Below are positions 11,065 through 24,997 of a DNA stretch of 64,000 bases, piece by piece. The DNA lies in contig BDGG01000002.1 in the NCBI GenBank assembly GCA_001949185.1, positions 6,066,448 to 6,130,447 of the forward strand. Reading direction: 5' to 3'. How positions within the stretch are numbered: position 1 is the first letter of the stretch; each line of letters starts with the position of its first letter. The position numbers and the translations under genes are program-made. Source of the stretch: Ramazzottius varieornatus. Taxonomy: Eukaryota; Animalia; Tardigrada. Below the pieces are notes generated by a model. It ran no database searches, was not told where the DNA came from, and was given only the letters and a program-made list of their open reading frames with translations.

Positions 11065-13628
11065 ATGGCGAAGCCAGCACTGCCTCCCAAACCCAAGTTC
11101 GTCAAGTCAGTGGCAGCTCAACCTGTTGATCATCTCATTCATCTGGACAACAACCAGTGTGTGATCTCTTCCCTGGAGTTTACGGAATGTGTGAGGATAC
11201 CTTCTACGACGAACAAGTCTACGTCGTTTCGCAGTCATCGTTCAGACGAAGAAGAAAGGAGATCTGCACATCCAGGGAATGACTCAACAGCGTTTCAAAG
11301 TTTGTCAAAGGCACGCGTCACTAAATCAGACCTGACAGTGACGCACAAGAAAAGCATAAATAAACCACACACCTCATCAAGCACGATTATCTGTCCTCTG
11401 AATGTAAACCAGCGGGACGAAGCAGATTGTGAAGTTGTCCCTCCCGATATGAATGAACTCGATTACCATACAACCTCGTATCAGCGCAGCACTTTGAAGA
11501 ATACCAACGTGATAACCCATGCCAACCACACACAAGATTTATCGGATGGCACGGCCGAGATTCCACCAAATTCAGACGACGTGAATTCAGAAATCCCAGG
11601 TTATTATTCCATGAAAGAATTATATCACTTGGGACATCGGAAATGATTTAAACATGATCGTTTGCTTGGGTGGCGCACTTTTCCAGCCAATAACAACGGA
11701 ATCGTGCGCCACTCGAGACGACGAGCTTGTTCATTTCGTTTGATAAAATTTCTGGAGTCAATTCTTGTATTCAGCAGGGAGATATTCCCGGAATTCCACC
11801 GTCAGTACGGACACTAGTTCGTCGAACGAGAGCGCAAAAGCTGCTGGTCCTTCCTCAACCACAATGGCCCAGTCTCCGCCTGGCGACTCGATCTGGTCGC
11901 GGTTAGAGCCGAAAGCTCTGAAAGTGGCTTTTGAGATCGTCCAGACTGAGTATGACTACCTCCAAAGTTTAAATCTCTTGCTGACGGACTTCACGGAAGC
12001 TGTGCGCGGATCCGTGTCGGACGTTGAACTGAACCTCCTCCTCAAAGGTCTGCCCGAAATTAAAATGTTCTGCGAAGACCTGTACAGCGACCTCCGCAGC
12101 CACTTAGAGCAGTATCCCATCGACCAAAGAATAGCTCCAGTATTCCTAAAGAAAGGCAAAGTGTTGATTTTGTATGTGTCTTATGTGAAAGACTTCCAAA
12201 GACTCATCGATACTTACCAGAGCCTGCTCAAAAGATATCCTGCCTTCAGCGAAGCAGTTTCCCGGTTCGAGGTGAGCTCAGTTAACTTCCATCTTCAACC
12301 AGGATGGGTAAGAATATAAGAGTATGATTCGTAGGCTTCTCCGGTATGCAAGAAGATCCCTCTGCTTGAGTACTTCCACAAGCCCATACAAAGGCTACCA
12401 AGATACCCTTTGTTGCTGGGAAGTTACCTGCGTGCGCTGGAGGACGACCACCGCGACCGGGATAACGCAAAGCGTAAGTGAGGAGCAGGAAGTAGTTTGT
12501 CAGTTGATTACCTTTCTTTTCTGAGTCATGAACTGTGAACCTTTTTTCTGTTCCATAGAGGCACTGGATTTGGTTTCCGATGTGACTGCGAAGGCTAACA
12601 CCACTCTGGCTTCCCTAGATAAAGTGCACAGATTACTCTGGTACCAGTCTCGGACCATGGAGTACACCTTCCTGCGGCCTAATCGTGAGTTTGTTCGCGA
12701 TGGGGTCTTGAAGAAACTGTCGCGTAAAGCGCCGCAGGAACGGACTCTTATACTGGTAAGTCTTTCGAGTCTCCCTGCATATTTTATTCGGGACGTCAGC
12801 AAATGATTTCAACATGATCGTTTACACCAGTGGCGCATGGTTCCATTGTTACTGGCTGGAACATGTGCGCCATTTTGGACGACAATTATGTTCAAGCCAG
12901 TTGCCGACGTCTCATACAGCTGACCCGGAAATTGAATATTGACCGTCGAGGTCCTTTGCAGTGCTCGGATGCCCTGATATGCTTGGAAAGGGACATAACT
13001 ACCGGCAAGTTTGTGCTCAACGGAGAATATCCTCTGACAGAAATCAAGGTAAAAGTGTGCACGACAGAGGGAACCCACGCCAAAAAACTGAAGCTTCACA
13101 ACTGAACTGTCTGGCTTGCGATATGAGTTTAGCTTACCCTGATGTTGCAGGTAGATACCTCGATCGATAGCGACTACTTCGACCGCGATCTGGAGTTCGC
13201 TCTGTACTCACAGAGAAAGTCCTTCGTGTTCCAAGCGAACTTCATTGAGGAAAGGAACTCGTGGTTAACCGCCGTACGCCGAGCGATAATAGAACGGCAG
13301 AGAACTCTGTCGCACAAAGTTAGCGGAAGCGATTCCATCGATGGAACTGTAAGCAGCTCTACCTTTGCATCTTTTCAGATGTTTTGGCTATAGTTGGATC
13401 TGTGACTTGTTGTAGGGAACGCAGCGTTACGCGCCCATCTGGATCCCGGACTACCGCGTGCAAGCTTGTCAACTCTGTAAGAAGGCCTTTGGATTGTTCC
13501 GTCGGTACCACCATTGTAGGTTATGCGGGTATGCAGTCTGCGGCAGTTGTTCGCCCCACGAAATCAACATCGATTACAAGGACAATCGCTCCAAGCGAGT
13601 CTGTAGGTCTTGTTATGCTCAGCACTAA
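11065..13628 (+). CDS. FGD-like RhoGEF (DH-PH-FYVE), multi-exon
   Basis: N-terminal KPALPPKP. DH domain: KVAFEIVQTEYDYLQSL...FHKPIQRLPRYPLLL. PH domain: REFVRDGVLKKLSRK...EERNSWLTAVRRAI. Last exon (13416-13628): APIWIPDYRVQACQLCKKAFGLFRRYHHCRLCGYAVCGSCS...RVCRSCYAQH* (FYVE). Confidence 0.9.
11665..11717 (+). repeat. Intronic hairpin element, copy 1
   Basis: CTTGGGTGGCGCAC-ttttccagCCAATaacaacggaatc-GTGCGCCACTCGAG, in the first intron of the FGD-like gene. Confidence 0.8.
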
Positions 13629-14898
13629 CTGGTGGGCTTCTACTTGCATTCCGGTGCGCTCGGTGGTTTCTGTTACATGTGATTTTGCTCGTTACATGTG
13701 ATTGCATTTGCATGAGAGCAGCTTTCTTTCTGCACTGGTGCTGTGGTAGGTTTTCTCTTATTTCGTACCTTATACTTTTCTCCCAGTCAAGTGTCATAGG
13801 TATAAGGTACATAGGTGTAAGAGTACTATATCGCCATACCGGAATATTGTTTGGGCAAAATATGCACTGACACTTTTACTAACTTTGAATATCAATTAAC
13901 CACAATAATAACTTTCCAGAATATGACTTTGCACAATGATCGACCAACCATAATACTAACCGACCAATATATCGCTCCATGAAATATATCAAAACACTCA
14001 GCGGCTCTCGCTAACACCTTCCAATATCTTTGAAAATGAACTTCAGTGTCAAATTGCATTGTTCAAAAGCGTCACGGCTATACCAAAACGCATCAAAAGT
14101 AGAGGTATGACCCAATGACCAATCGACATTTTCCACCATCGGGGATGTGAGGCTGTGAGCCAAACGATATTTACATAGTACACCAGTTAGCCACATGGCT
14201 GGTTGATATGAAAGTCAGTTAACGTTTTGGTCACGCGATATTCATGAGCATTGTGGTTAAACGATATTTTGAGCAGTTACCAAATATAAGAGTTAAAGCG
14301 AAGTTAGGCTTGTCGAATCGGCGCTGGAAGGGAATTTTCGACGTGGAAGGGTAAGTATTTATCTGGTGAACTTGGCATGCTGGAAATGTTTCGGGGTTAA
14401 AAAGTCGGCTAAAAAGAAGAGAAACAGCGAAAAGTTGAATTGCGCAGCAATTAATAAAAAGGTCGAGCACAGCCCGCGCTCTTTCTATCACATTGATCAT
14501 TTTGTCGTCGTCGTCGTCGTCTCAGCAGACTTCACAGTCAAGGATAGAAACCATTCTGGCGGAAAACTGATAACTCAACGCGTACATACTATCAAAAGAA
14601 TAATCTCCAGCAATGTTCAAAACTACACAGTTTTGGAAGCACAGTGGTGAAGATAATGACTTTGTCAGAATTTCACAGATTCAATGCATGAGAGAAGGGA
14701 GAGGGAGGAAAGAAAGAAAGAAGGGGATGGTGTGCGGGAAGTGGAGTGCAGACAGTGCAAGAACAAAAAAGCAACAGTAAAGAGAAGCAATGAATAATAA
14801 TCATTTGGTGTCGCACCGAGGCGGACATTTTCTTCTGGTAGAGAAAGGGAAAGACAAGTAGCAATGTGTATAACTCTTTTTTAGTTTCGTAACATTTA

Positions 14899-15141
14899 AT
14901 CATCATCATCATCATCATTATCGTCGTCGGATTCGTCGCTGTCAAGACACCAACCACGTCCATCTTCCCGACGGTCCGTTCTGCATGGTGTGGACTGTTG
15001 AAGGTAGGTATCGCCTCTTGAGCACAGAGAAGGAAAGCGCTGGACTACAGAGACATGGGAAACACTTGGAAGCGCGGAAATGACTCTCGTAAAAACTGAA
15101 AGGTGGCTGTATGTCTGTGGGAGTGTGTGTGTGTGTGTGTG
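14899..15141. repeat. Microsatellites (ATC)n at 14899-14918 and (GT)n at ~15123-15141
   Basis: Directly visible simple repeats in the presumed ELL 3' UTR. Confidence 0.8.
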
Positions 15142-15266
15142 GGAGTCATAGCGCGCTGTAGCTATAGAGTCCATTAAAGCTTCTTTCCATATCACAAGAG
15201 GATGAACATTCACGAAATGTGTACCGAAGACCGAGTGCCACAGGAAAGGTACGAAGGAGCGACGTG

Positions 15267-18200
15267 CTATGCTTTGATGTGGCCTGCGTCGTAAACTTTG
15301 ATCTGGTGCTTGATGAGATGGAGCTTGTCCGTCAGCTCCTGCCACCTTGCGCGCTTGTCCGCGTAATCACGGTTACTCTTTAGCGCGTTGTACTTGTCCT
15401 TGATGGACTTGGCCACACGTTTATAGTCCGCCGAACCCTCCTTGACAGCCTTCAAGTCGTTCTCCAGACTGGAAAAGTCGTTGCTGATATCGGCCATTTC
15501 CTTGTGCAGCTTCTTGTACTCGTCGTACTCGTTGAAGAAATCCTTCTTGTACTGGCGCCTTTGGTCAGCCGTATTGATCGTTGCGTACCGTCTGTAAAAA
15601 CAATCAACACTGAGATACGGTGGAAAACATACAGTACCGAGAAAGGAATTCAAGGCAAGGTATATCCCCATCAGGTCGCATACCAGCTCACGAGTGCGCG
15701 ATTTCATCAGGGTGATACTGTTTCTGTTATTTCTGTTAATCAGCAAACTTTGCCTTTGATATTTGTCCGCAATAGCGCAGTTAAAATTGAAGCATGTAGC
15801 TGGAAATTCGTGACTATTAGGAAACACTTACGCTTCAAGTGAATTCTGAGTATCCTCTCGTTGGGGGAAGGCAGCTTGGTTTAGTATTTTCTCATTAGAT
15901 TTTGATTGCACTTGAGGCGCAAGTCTGTTGTTGTTCAGGTCGTCATTGGTCTTCTTGACATTTGCCGTCATATTCATATTCAAGACGCTCAAGTTGCCGC
16001 GGTTGTTCTCCTTCAGCTTATTCAGCGATACATCTGGTGGACTGGGTGTGGAGCAGGCGCTGATGCTACTGGGTGGCGGCGACAGGTCCGCTCCCGGGTT
16101 CAGAACTCGGGCTATCGGGTTGGAACTCTTCTTCTCCGGGTTATAGGTTGGAATGGCAGAAGAAGCCGAGGAAAGCGACCGAGGAAGCATCACAGACGAC
16201 GAGCTACTGTTAAGACTATCCACACGCTTCTTGGCCGTCAACTGATCAGCCGTACTGTACAATGGCCATTTCGTGTCGACGGTACCGAACAGCTCTGCTT
16301 TCAGCTCGTAACCACCATCGCTCCTACACGTCGCCACTTCACCGAGAAGAGCCTCCAACTGCCTCGACTCTTCGTCCTTGTAGCCGTACTTCCTCAACTT
16401 TTCAACCAGCTCGCTCTTCCTCATACCGCCTTTCAGCGCCAGAGTGTGCACCAGACGTTCTTGTAAGGGCCGGGAAGGTGGGTGAGCGATGGGAGACCGA
16501 GAAGAAGACCGGTTGTTGGGTTCAGGGACTGCCAGGTTCGACGTTCGAACAGCAGGCTGGCTTGTCGCCGAAGTAGTCGAACCGGCTTTACCTTGGGAAA
16601 GATGATTGGGAAGTAGCTTGGCAGAAACGTTGGTTGGCTTGTTGGAGAAGGGAGATCTTGAGGGAGAAGTGTCCAGTCGTGACTTTTTGTTGAGGGCGTT
16701 GGAGAGGTCGGAAGGTCGTTTGTTGGTTACCGTCAAGCCACGGTTCGAGCCAGCACTTCGGGCGGAAGTTTCAATTTCTTTGGCACTGCACAATCGAGAA
16801 AGTGACAACGAGTTATTATGCTCGGTGTGTGCAGATGGAAGAACGTAAGCAAACAAACGAACCATTGTTTCTTGATCTCTTTATCAGCGGCAGCCATTTT
16901 TTCTCGCGTATTACTGAAGGAGTCTTCCGTGGCGTGCACAGTCAACTTTTGCCTTATATCACCCAAGTGATCCAAATCTCCCGAACGCCGTGTAAACTGC
17001 ACACACTCACTAAAGTTGCCATCAGATTTTGGCCCGTCACCCAGTCCAAAGTTGATCACATCTCCCGAGGGAAGTTGTATAAACTGCAAGGAGGGAAAAA
17101 CAACAAAGCCGTTAGTCATCAATCATATCAAATGCCGTATCCTTTCTTGTGGGCAAAACTTCGGTGAAACACAACCATCCCAACCATCCCGTGCTTTGGG
17201 ACGTCGCCACGTCGGCAACTGAACTGGAACAGGTCGCTCTCCCAAGTGGCGCACGTTGCCGAATTTATTGGCTGAAAGAATGCGCCACTTGGAAAACCAA
17301 TCTAGTTCAAATCATTTGCCCACAGCGCAATTGAAACATTGAATATTCCCATATTCGTTTGTTTGAATATTGCTTTCCGTTTGTTTTCCAAACTATTAAT
17401 TGAGTTCCGGAGGTTTCGGACGAGATTTGTGATGGAAGGGCGTTCGAGCTCTAGATGAGCATGAAAGCAATGTGTCGAGTAGTACTGATAGGGCGAATGG
17501 CCCTGATGAGGACGATCACGAGCGCTGACGACGGTCGCCGAGTGTCTAGCGAAGACCAACGGTCATGCTGCTCCAATGTGTCATGTTCAATTTCAACCAT
17601 AGTCTGTCGCACTCGCTGGCTCGTCCACAAAGCACCGGTATAAACTAAGCTATCGATGATATCCTCTTCCTCAGCGCCAGCCAAACAGTCTCTCGCACTG
17701 ACCGTAACGTTCTAGGTCCATGCTTGAATCCAAGTCGAGGTCGAGCATTGTTGGCCGTCGATGTGAACGAGCGAGCAAGTCCTAACCAGCCCAGCGACAG
17801 CCAGCAGACGCCTTCAAACACGCTCACAGCTTTCACCTCTTGCTTAATACATTACAAAAGAATTCAAAAAACCATCGCCAAAACCGATGCTTCTTATCTG
17901 ATCTGTGTTCCCAACAAAAACAGAAACCAGGGAGGACCTCAAAGCTGCGCCAGTACGAGGTACCTTGGTTTCCATTTGCCCCTTTTCACTATTCGTACTT
18001 GTGAACAACATGCATGTGTTGTTCAATGGTGCTTCAAGGCGTTCTACATTTTCCGCTAGTTAAGTGAGCGTTCCATGGGCGAAATCAAGATCATTGTGAG
18101 CAACAAGTTATCGCGATCGCACAGTGCCTATGAAAAAGTTCATTGCGGTCGCCTGCACAGATGTTTTTCCTCGTCAGTCGGCCTAGCTCTTTTAGTCTCT

Positions 18201-21200
18201 CACAGCATGCACACATACAAAAAGTCACCTGCAGGAGATTTTGTTGTTGAGCAGAACAGACAGTCACATAACCTCCTTACGAACCAGCTCTTCTTGTCCG
18301 TTAATGACAGTCAAGCTGGTTCAAGGTAGGTCCTCGTGCGCCAAATAACTTTCACCAAAGCAATGCCCACTCTTTATTCCATAAAATTCCTTTATCGCTC
18401 TTTCTTACCCCATCTCTCTCGCCAAGTTGAATAGTTGCTTTGGTTCGTTCCTGCAACAGAAAGGAAATAATATTAGAGTCAAAGAGACATGTAGGTAACA
18501 TCCAGAACGGAATGCACCCATCTCCTAGCAACCTGCACACTGTGCATCGCATACTCGCTGCGTTAAGTGAGTATGCAGGTACGTGCAAGAGCTCACAATT
18601 GGGTTTTCTACACACGCCGCGAGACGCACTCTTGAAAGGAGGAAGTTATGTGGGTTATATTCCTCGAAAAGGAAAGTTATCTAAACCAGTCCATGTTTCT
18701 TTGTTGGATGGTCACACTCGAGTAACATACCGCTGCGTGAGCAATTGTTTACAGCGAAAGCATGGCTTGCTGTGCACCGCGCAGGTTACGTATTTGGAGC
18801 GTCATGGTCATTTCCTCCTCAATCCGACTAAACGATACGCACGTAATGTGGCTTTGTATTTCGGGGTATACAACTTGCTCTAGAAGGTCAACGTAGCGCA
18901 CGTAAAGCACCCTGTGGATCGGCGATCAAAATATCTGAACACAAACATGCGCGGAATTTCATAACTCCCTATCTTTACCGCCCGGAAGTGCTTTTTGTAC
19001 CTTTCGGAAATTCAGCCATTCCTCACAATGTCATGACCTTAGCTCGACCTACCATACACCAAAAGGTCGCCGCCTATATTTATACTAAATTTTTCTTTGA
19101 ACTTTTTTTCCGATAGAAATTCAGCTGATAGTTTTAAAACGTTTCTTCCTGGTGGAAGTTTGCGTTAGACTGGTTTGGTCCTTTCGCATTCTGTTGAAGG
19201 GCTGGTTTCGCCGACAAAAGGCTTACCTATATATTACATAACAAAAGGCTACAGTATTGCAGTCACACATTTCCGTGCTGCAAACTTCAGTCGGCACCCA
19301 AGCATGTCGCCAAAATAAGTCGCACTACCACCAGCGCCAAGTGTACTGGGCAAAAAAGCACAACACTAAAGATTTTGTTTATATTACTTGTATCGCCGAC
19401 TTAGGCATATGCCGCTGTCTTGTCGGAAACATTGTAACCGATATTGCCATAACGCAGCAGCTCCCCATTACACACTTCATCAAACATCAACAACAACACG
19501 TTTTAGAAAAAACACGGATACTTCACGTTTTTGCCCCGTCGGCAATTTCGCTACCGGAGAACCCCATCGAAGGCAGTACAAAACCCATCAACAATATCCG
19601 TCAGTATCTGCACTTGATTTTATTACGCTTTGATACCTCTGTCTCGGACTTCCTCGTTGCGCATTAAGTCAAGTGGACGCAAGATTCGCGAGAGAGCTCT
19701 TCCTCTTGCATACGACGATATCAGCCGATGACAGCTGACTCGATAAATCTCTGATAAAGTCTTATCTACCTAAATGATACATAACCGTCTGCTCTGGTAT
19801 GTTTTCACATGGAATTAGATCCATGGTTGGTCAAGCGTGGCTAACCTACGAGAAAGAATAAGCAAGATGGCCCGTTGGTCAATTTCCCAGACAAACGACC
19901 CAATCGACCCACTCAATTGAACAGCCACTAGCTCTGCACGGTACAGTCTCGCAGCAGACACAACGTTATAGCTAAGGTGTTTGCATGGCGACCCAGATCA
20001 CTCAACCGGACTGGTCTAATGGTCCCCTAGCTCGCAACTCAATTTATGATCTGTTGCAAGCTTGCAAGTCCAAAGACAAAGATCATTACTATTAATCCGC
20101 CAGACCAAACTCGTCAGTCATGGCTCGCGGCTCTGTCCAAACTCTTCACTCAACTGAGCCACGTTGCGAGGAAATCGGACCAGGAAGCCAACCGGAGAAC
20201 CCAGAACCTCCCAGCATCAACCCGCGCACGCCTGCGCCGCTTCCCCTTTCAGTTTACACTCGAGGATTTCTCGGGTTGCCTCCTAACACAACTTACAAAA
20301 CATTCCTCACTCCTCAAGCCAGCTGAAAGGTCCGTGAGCCACCAAAGATAGACCCTAATTAAACCATCTTCGCTTACCCTGTTTACATCAAACGGCAAAG
20401 TATGTACCTGGTCAAGGTCTAGGCTAGATTTAATAATCGGACACTGTGTTCGACGCATCGAGAGGAATTTTTGACGGGTTCTGAAATTAAGAGTCGTCAT
20501 GGCGGACTTTTACTGCGGAGATATTACCGCAGGTGTCTATTCATCCGTTATGATTGCCTTACAGGTTATTAGCAGAGGATGTCACGTCGGTGTGGTTACA
20601 TGAGCCCCCGTCTCATGTCGAGTCTGTCCCGCACCATTGTCTAACGCAACGCATTCGAGTTCGCAATTCAAATGCAAGCGGACGACTTTTACGAGTGGTT
20701 TCTGGCCCTCATCCACATCATCATGCCAAACTAGGCAACTTTCCACAGTTTTTGCCCTGTCGCTGCAAAAACACCCGAAGAACAATGTCAGACAGACAGG
20801 CCGCGCCAAAGTTAATCTACTGGTACAAACCTAATCCATTCAGTTTATTAACTCATTTTTTCCATACGTAATCAATACGGGTATACTATCCCTCATACGG
20901 TAGTTGCGCCTTTTGAATTTCGAATATACATTTGCCATTTTTGATGGTTGATGAGCGCGACGGGGACTTCTTGCCTGCGCGATTGTCGCTACGACGACCT
21001 GTCATCGGAAAGGTTGGCTCTGTCGTAGAGAATGACATTTCAAGCTACATAAAGACCATGTAGCATTCCCGGTATAAATATACACTTCACAGCCGGAAAG
21101 GCGGAAACATTGTGGCGACCACCTATGTATGTGTTTCTCACAAAGTAAACGTCGACCCATAAAGCATATAAATAAATATTATTACACTTTTAAATTTTTA

Positions 21201-24200
21201 CAGAGTGCCGACTTCCTCCTTCACCTGCAAGTTTTTCCATTGAATCGGATTCAAACCTTGGCCAAACCAAGAACTTACACACGTGTTCTCATTTTAGCCG
21301 TTCATAAAGTCAAGCGAACTGTAAAGCTATTCGGAAAACTGACCATAGAAAAGATTTCGTAAACACGCACGTACGGCCATCGATTCTAAAGTCACAAAGA
21401 CTCGATGAATGACGCATTAGCGGACCGCAGGTAGCACGAATTAGCACGAAACTTTCACACCTCACAAACTGCTTTGAATGAGATTATTTGACAATGAAAG
21501 AGACCAACTTTCACTCCCTTCGGATGAATTTCCGCCACTGTGTTTGAGATTTCAATGCTTAAAACTTCAGAATCGTCTGACGGAGGTTCAAAGGTCTTCA
21601 AGGCCCAAAAGCCAACCAAATAACCGGCGACCTCTGGCCGCAGACTTTATCAAAGAGTTTTAATGCCAGCTAGCTGCTAATCACGATGAACTAGGGGTTG
21701 CTTTGTGGTGCACATGCGGAAGACCAAACTGGATGGACACTATGGCGCGAGCTAATTCTGGCCATATCTGAACGGAACACACCAGACTACAGAACCACTA
21801 TCGATAACTTCACATGCGACTTTACAAGCGATAATCAAAGCTCTGCTCTACCATTCTGACCTGATGGATTTAAGAATCGTCTGGCGGACAATGGATGATA
21901 GTTAATTCAGCTGGCGTCAGGTGGGCCTTATCACAGAACCCGACCAGAGTCTCGTCCCGGTAATCAAACAGAAAATGACTGACGAGCGCGACTTATGTCC
22001 GATTGCTCGTGTGTTTCTGCTCGTCTTTTTCAAGGACACAGAGATCGAAATTTTTGAACGAAAAACTATTAACAGTATTAATCAAACCAGTTTTCACGGT
22101 TCAGAAAAGTGCTTCCTAAGAATATTCTGATCATACGAGACATAGGGCAAGCAACTTCGGCAAGGTGGTTTTTCCAAGCGGCGCTCGCTTTCGGTCAGTA
22201 ACACCGGAAACACGCGCCACTTGGGGGGAAAAATACTCTTAATTCCTGAGTCTGTTTGCCGTGCTCCCATGTACAAACTTTTTCTGTTCCCGTAAGCAAT
22301 AGTATATTTCTGGGGGAAATCTAGTTTCGACCAGTTGTTTTGCTAACAGGCCAATTGGGTGAAATCTAGCGAAAGAAGGAAGTGAGATGAAAGGTTGGTT
22401 GTTCGAGCAACTCAAGAACGGCGCCGCTGCCATCGACGACAGACACGGCAGGCCATATCGTAATATCGGCATAGCGTCGCAGCTCAAGTGCTTTGGCTAG
22501 TTGAGTTCGAGACCAAAGTTGACTCCATGCACGCTACAGTACACCGAGTCGAGTTCCTTCTATCTGTCAACCATTGACTTTTCAAAATGCAATTTGTCAC
22601 AACCGAGTCTTCAGCAGACAAGCCTTGTAATACTGTAAACTACTACCTCCTCAATTTCTTCAACAGCACGTTTTCCAAACGCCGGCGAAAAAAACCACAT
22701 CATTGCATTTTTCTGGAATATTTCGAGGTTCTTTCTGCAATTTGTCCTTTCTGTCATACACTTTTGTTCTCGTTAGGGCATGGATGGGTAAGAAACACCG
22801 AAACGAAACCAAGAACATTACGAAGAAAGGCGCGATATTTACAAAAGCGCAGAGTAGCATAATCAACCTTTGGGTCCGATTACGATAACTAGTTTTCAGC
22901 CGAGCTGGCGCAACAACTCGGTTCAGCGGAGAAAGGGTTCTCCGGACATCACGTCGATAAGGAAGCCCTCGGCGAACTTGAATACAGGCTAGGCTAGTGA
23001 TATTTTCACCTCGTTTTCCTCAGTTCCGATATACCGAATAGTGCTGCTTACTGTCAATGTTACGCGAAAAACTTGCAACAGCAGAAGCTGTGGCAAAAAG
23101 TGACAGTCAGCACTCATGAACCCGCTAACTCTGGACCTTATGAAACCGAACAATCGTCACAGTGCAACACAGCTGCTATATTTCGCTATCATCAGCATAA
23201 ATAACCGTCAGTGTGGCACCACAGAGTGGGTGCGCCAAGACGTTGTCTTCTTGGTGCGCACACGTATAGATAATTCGGTAATTTGATTGACGCCGCATGA
23301 CAGTGGCAAAGTCGCGGATCGATTGTCGATGGCGACCGGCCTAGCTCTACAGGTGTCCGTGCATGCTACCTGCGCACTAAAATAGGTTACTTTATACCCA
23401 CATCAACGAACTCGGAGATCTCTTCAGCACTTACAGTACGAGATTGCGAGCACAGACTAGCTAACCAGTTGGTTTCATGTCACCAAATCTCCAAACAATC
23501 CATTCGATAAGTTATGCCAACACAATCATCAAGCCCTAATTGCACCCAAACCTCTTTGCCAATTGTTACCCCATAAGCGAATGATCCCTGTATATTACCA
23601 CCCAATATCACGGCAGTAAAACTACCATAAACTAACAAAATTTGCCCTTCAGGAACATATTGAGTGAATTTCGATCAGTTCTTTCGATACGCCATTAAAT
23701 TCAAAAAAAAGTCAAAATGGCTTCTTGGGAAGTTTCCCTTTCGTTTTTTTACGATAGAGAGTGACGAAAGGGTGTCGAGAAGTGTGGAAGAAGGTCGGAC
23801 AGTAGACAGCTGGCCTTCTGTTGGTGTGCATTGTACGCCAAGAGAACACGAACGAACGCAGCCACAAGACCAGATAAGCTTCTGAACTCTTGGCCTTAAT
23901 CGTGGCGGAACTGTGAAAAAACGAGTTTTGTATTTGAGCAAAGTCAATTAACAAGCAAAGTCCATTCCGTCGACATGTAGTGCCCAAAGAGAAGGCTCGG
24001 GTCTTCTCCTACAAGGAAGGAATTCTGGAGAACCCGACTAAAAAAGACTTTGAATGATTCGCTGTACCGTGCAGCTAAGCTGAGACATTGTTCCGTGCGA
24101 TCCACCGATGGGTGAAGGAGAAACCTGCCTACACAAAGGAAAACTCAGCCAAGTATACATTACAGTGTCGAAGTGACGACGAAGGGATAAAACTTGGCGC

Positions 24201-24997
24201 ATCAGCAGAAATTTCCAGCACACTTCTCTCCCTGCGTAAGACAATCAAGGAGGGAAAGAACTCCGTCCAGCACAACCCTCAAACTTGCTCAACCTCGACG
24301 GCCACAACAAGAGAACCCTTCCCGGATTCACAACTGCCTTGGGGACTGTCAGATATACAAAGAAGTTAAAGCCGGATATTCAACCAAGAATGGAAAGACC
24401 AATACCTTTGGAGCCAAACTTGGACGAAGGCCAATATAAAGCCTCATGCCCTTTCTGACTCCTTCGTCTTATAGGGCTATTCGGAGAGACATGCGAAGCT
24501 GAAAGTCCCGGGGTTGGTTCGTCGGAGTGTGATTAGCAACCTGAAGATACACTGAGGAGAAGAGCGATTAAGGGATGAACATGAAGTCACGTCAGGCATG
24601 TCGATATATCACGATTCCGAAGCTTATAGCCGTCATAAGGCACATCGCACACACATATATCCCCACATAGCCTAGTAAGGAAGTTTTGGAAACATGTCCT
24701 ACAAAACCTAGATGAACGACCCATATCTTCATGTAAGGGATTCTGTCCAGTGAGGTTCACTGACTCGACGAAATCAACTGCGTTAATTACGTACATCAAG
24801 CTGGAGACTCCGAGTGCGTCTCGCGGCGGAAGTGAGCTGATTACGGAGTTACGACTTACCTTTCGCTGGTTAAGGTCCTCAAATGCTTTCAAGGCAGAAT
24901 CCGTTAATTTGACCAAAATGAGGCGCTTGGAAGAGACTTGTCCCGTATGGCTGGTTCCATTCTTCAGACGGTACGCTCCCGGGTCCAAGGAGGCCAT
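15267..24997 (-). CDS. ELL: RNA polymerase II elongation factor ELL
   Basis: Exons 24860-24997 (LILVKLTDSALKAFE), 18409-18450 (ERTKATIQLGERDG), 16863-17083 (ECVQ...LGDIRQKLTVHATEDSF), 15832-16785 (RPLQERLVHTLAL, WPLYS) and 15267-15591 (Occludin/ELL domain: QRRQYKKDFFNEYDEY...KLHLIKHQIKVYD). Splice phases are consistent. Confidence 0.93.
17240..17294 (-). repeat. Intronic hairpin element, copy 2
   Basis: TCCCAAGTGGCGCA...ttATTGGctgaaag...TGCGCCACTTGGAA, in an ELL intron. Confidence 0.85.

Noticed and set aside
15504-16848. Long plus-strand ORFs opposite ELL (and similar ones opposite HYOU1, AK7, KLF)
   Set aside because: Antisense shadows of real coding exons.
23230-23262. GTGCGCCAAGA...TCTTGGTGCGCAC hairpin as a seventh family copy
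   Set aside because: Arm order, loop length and sequence differ from the consensus, and there is no CCAAT loop.
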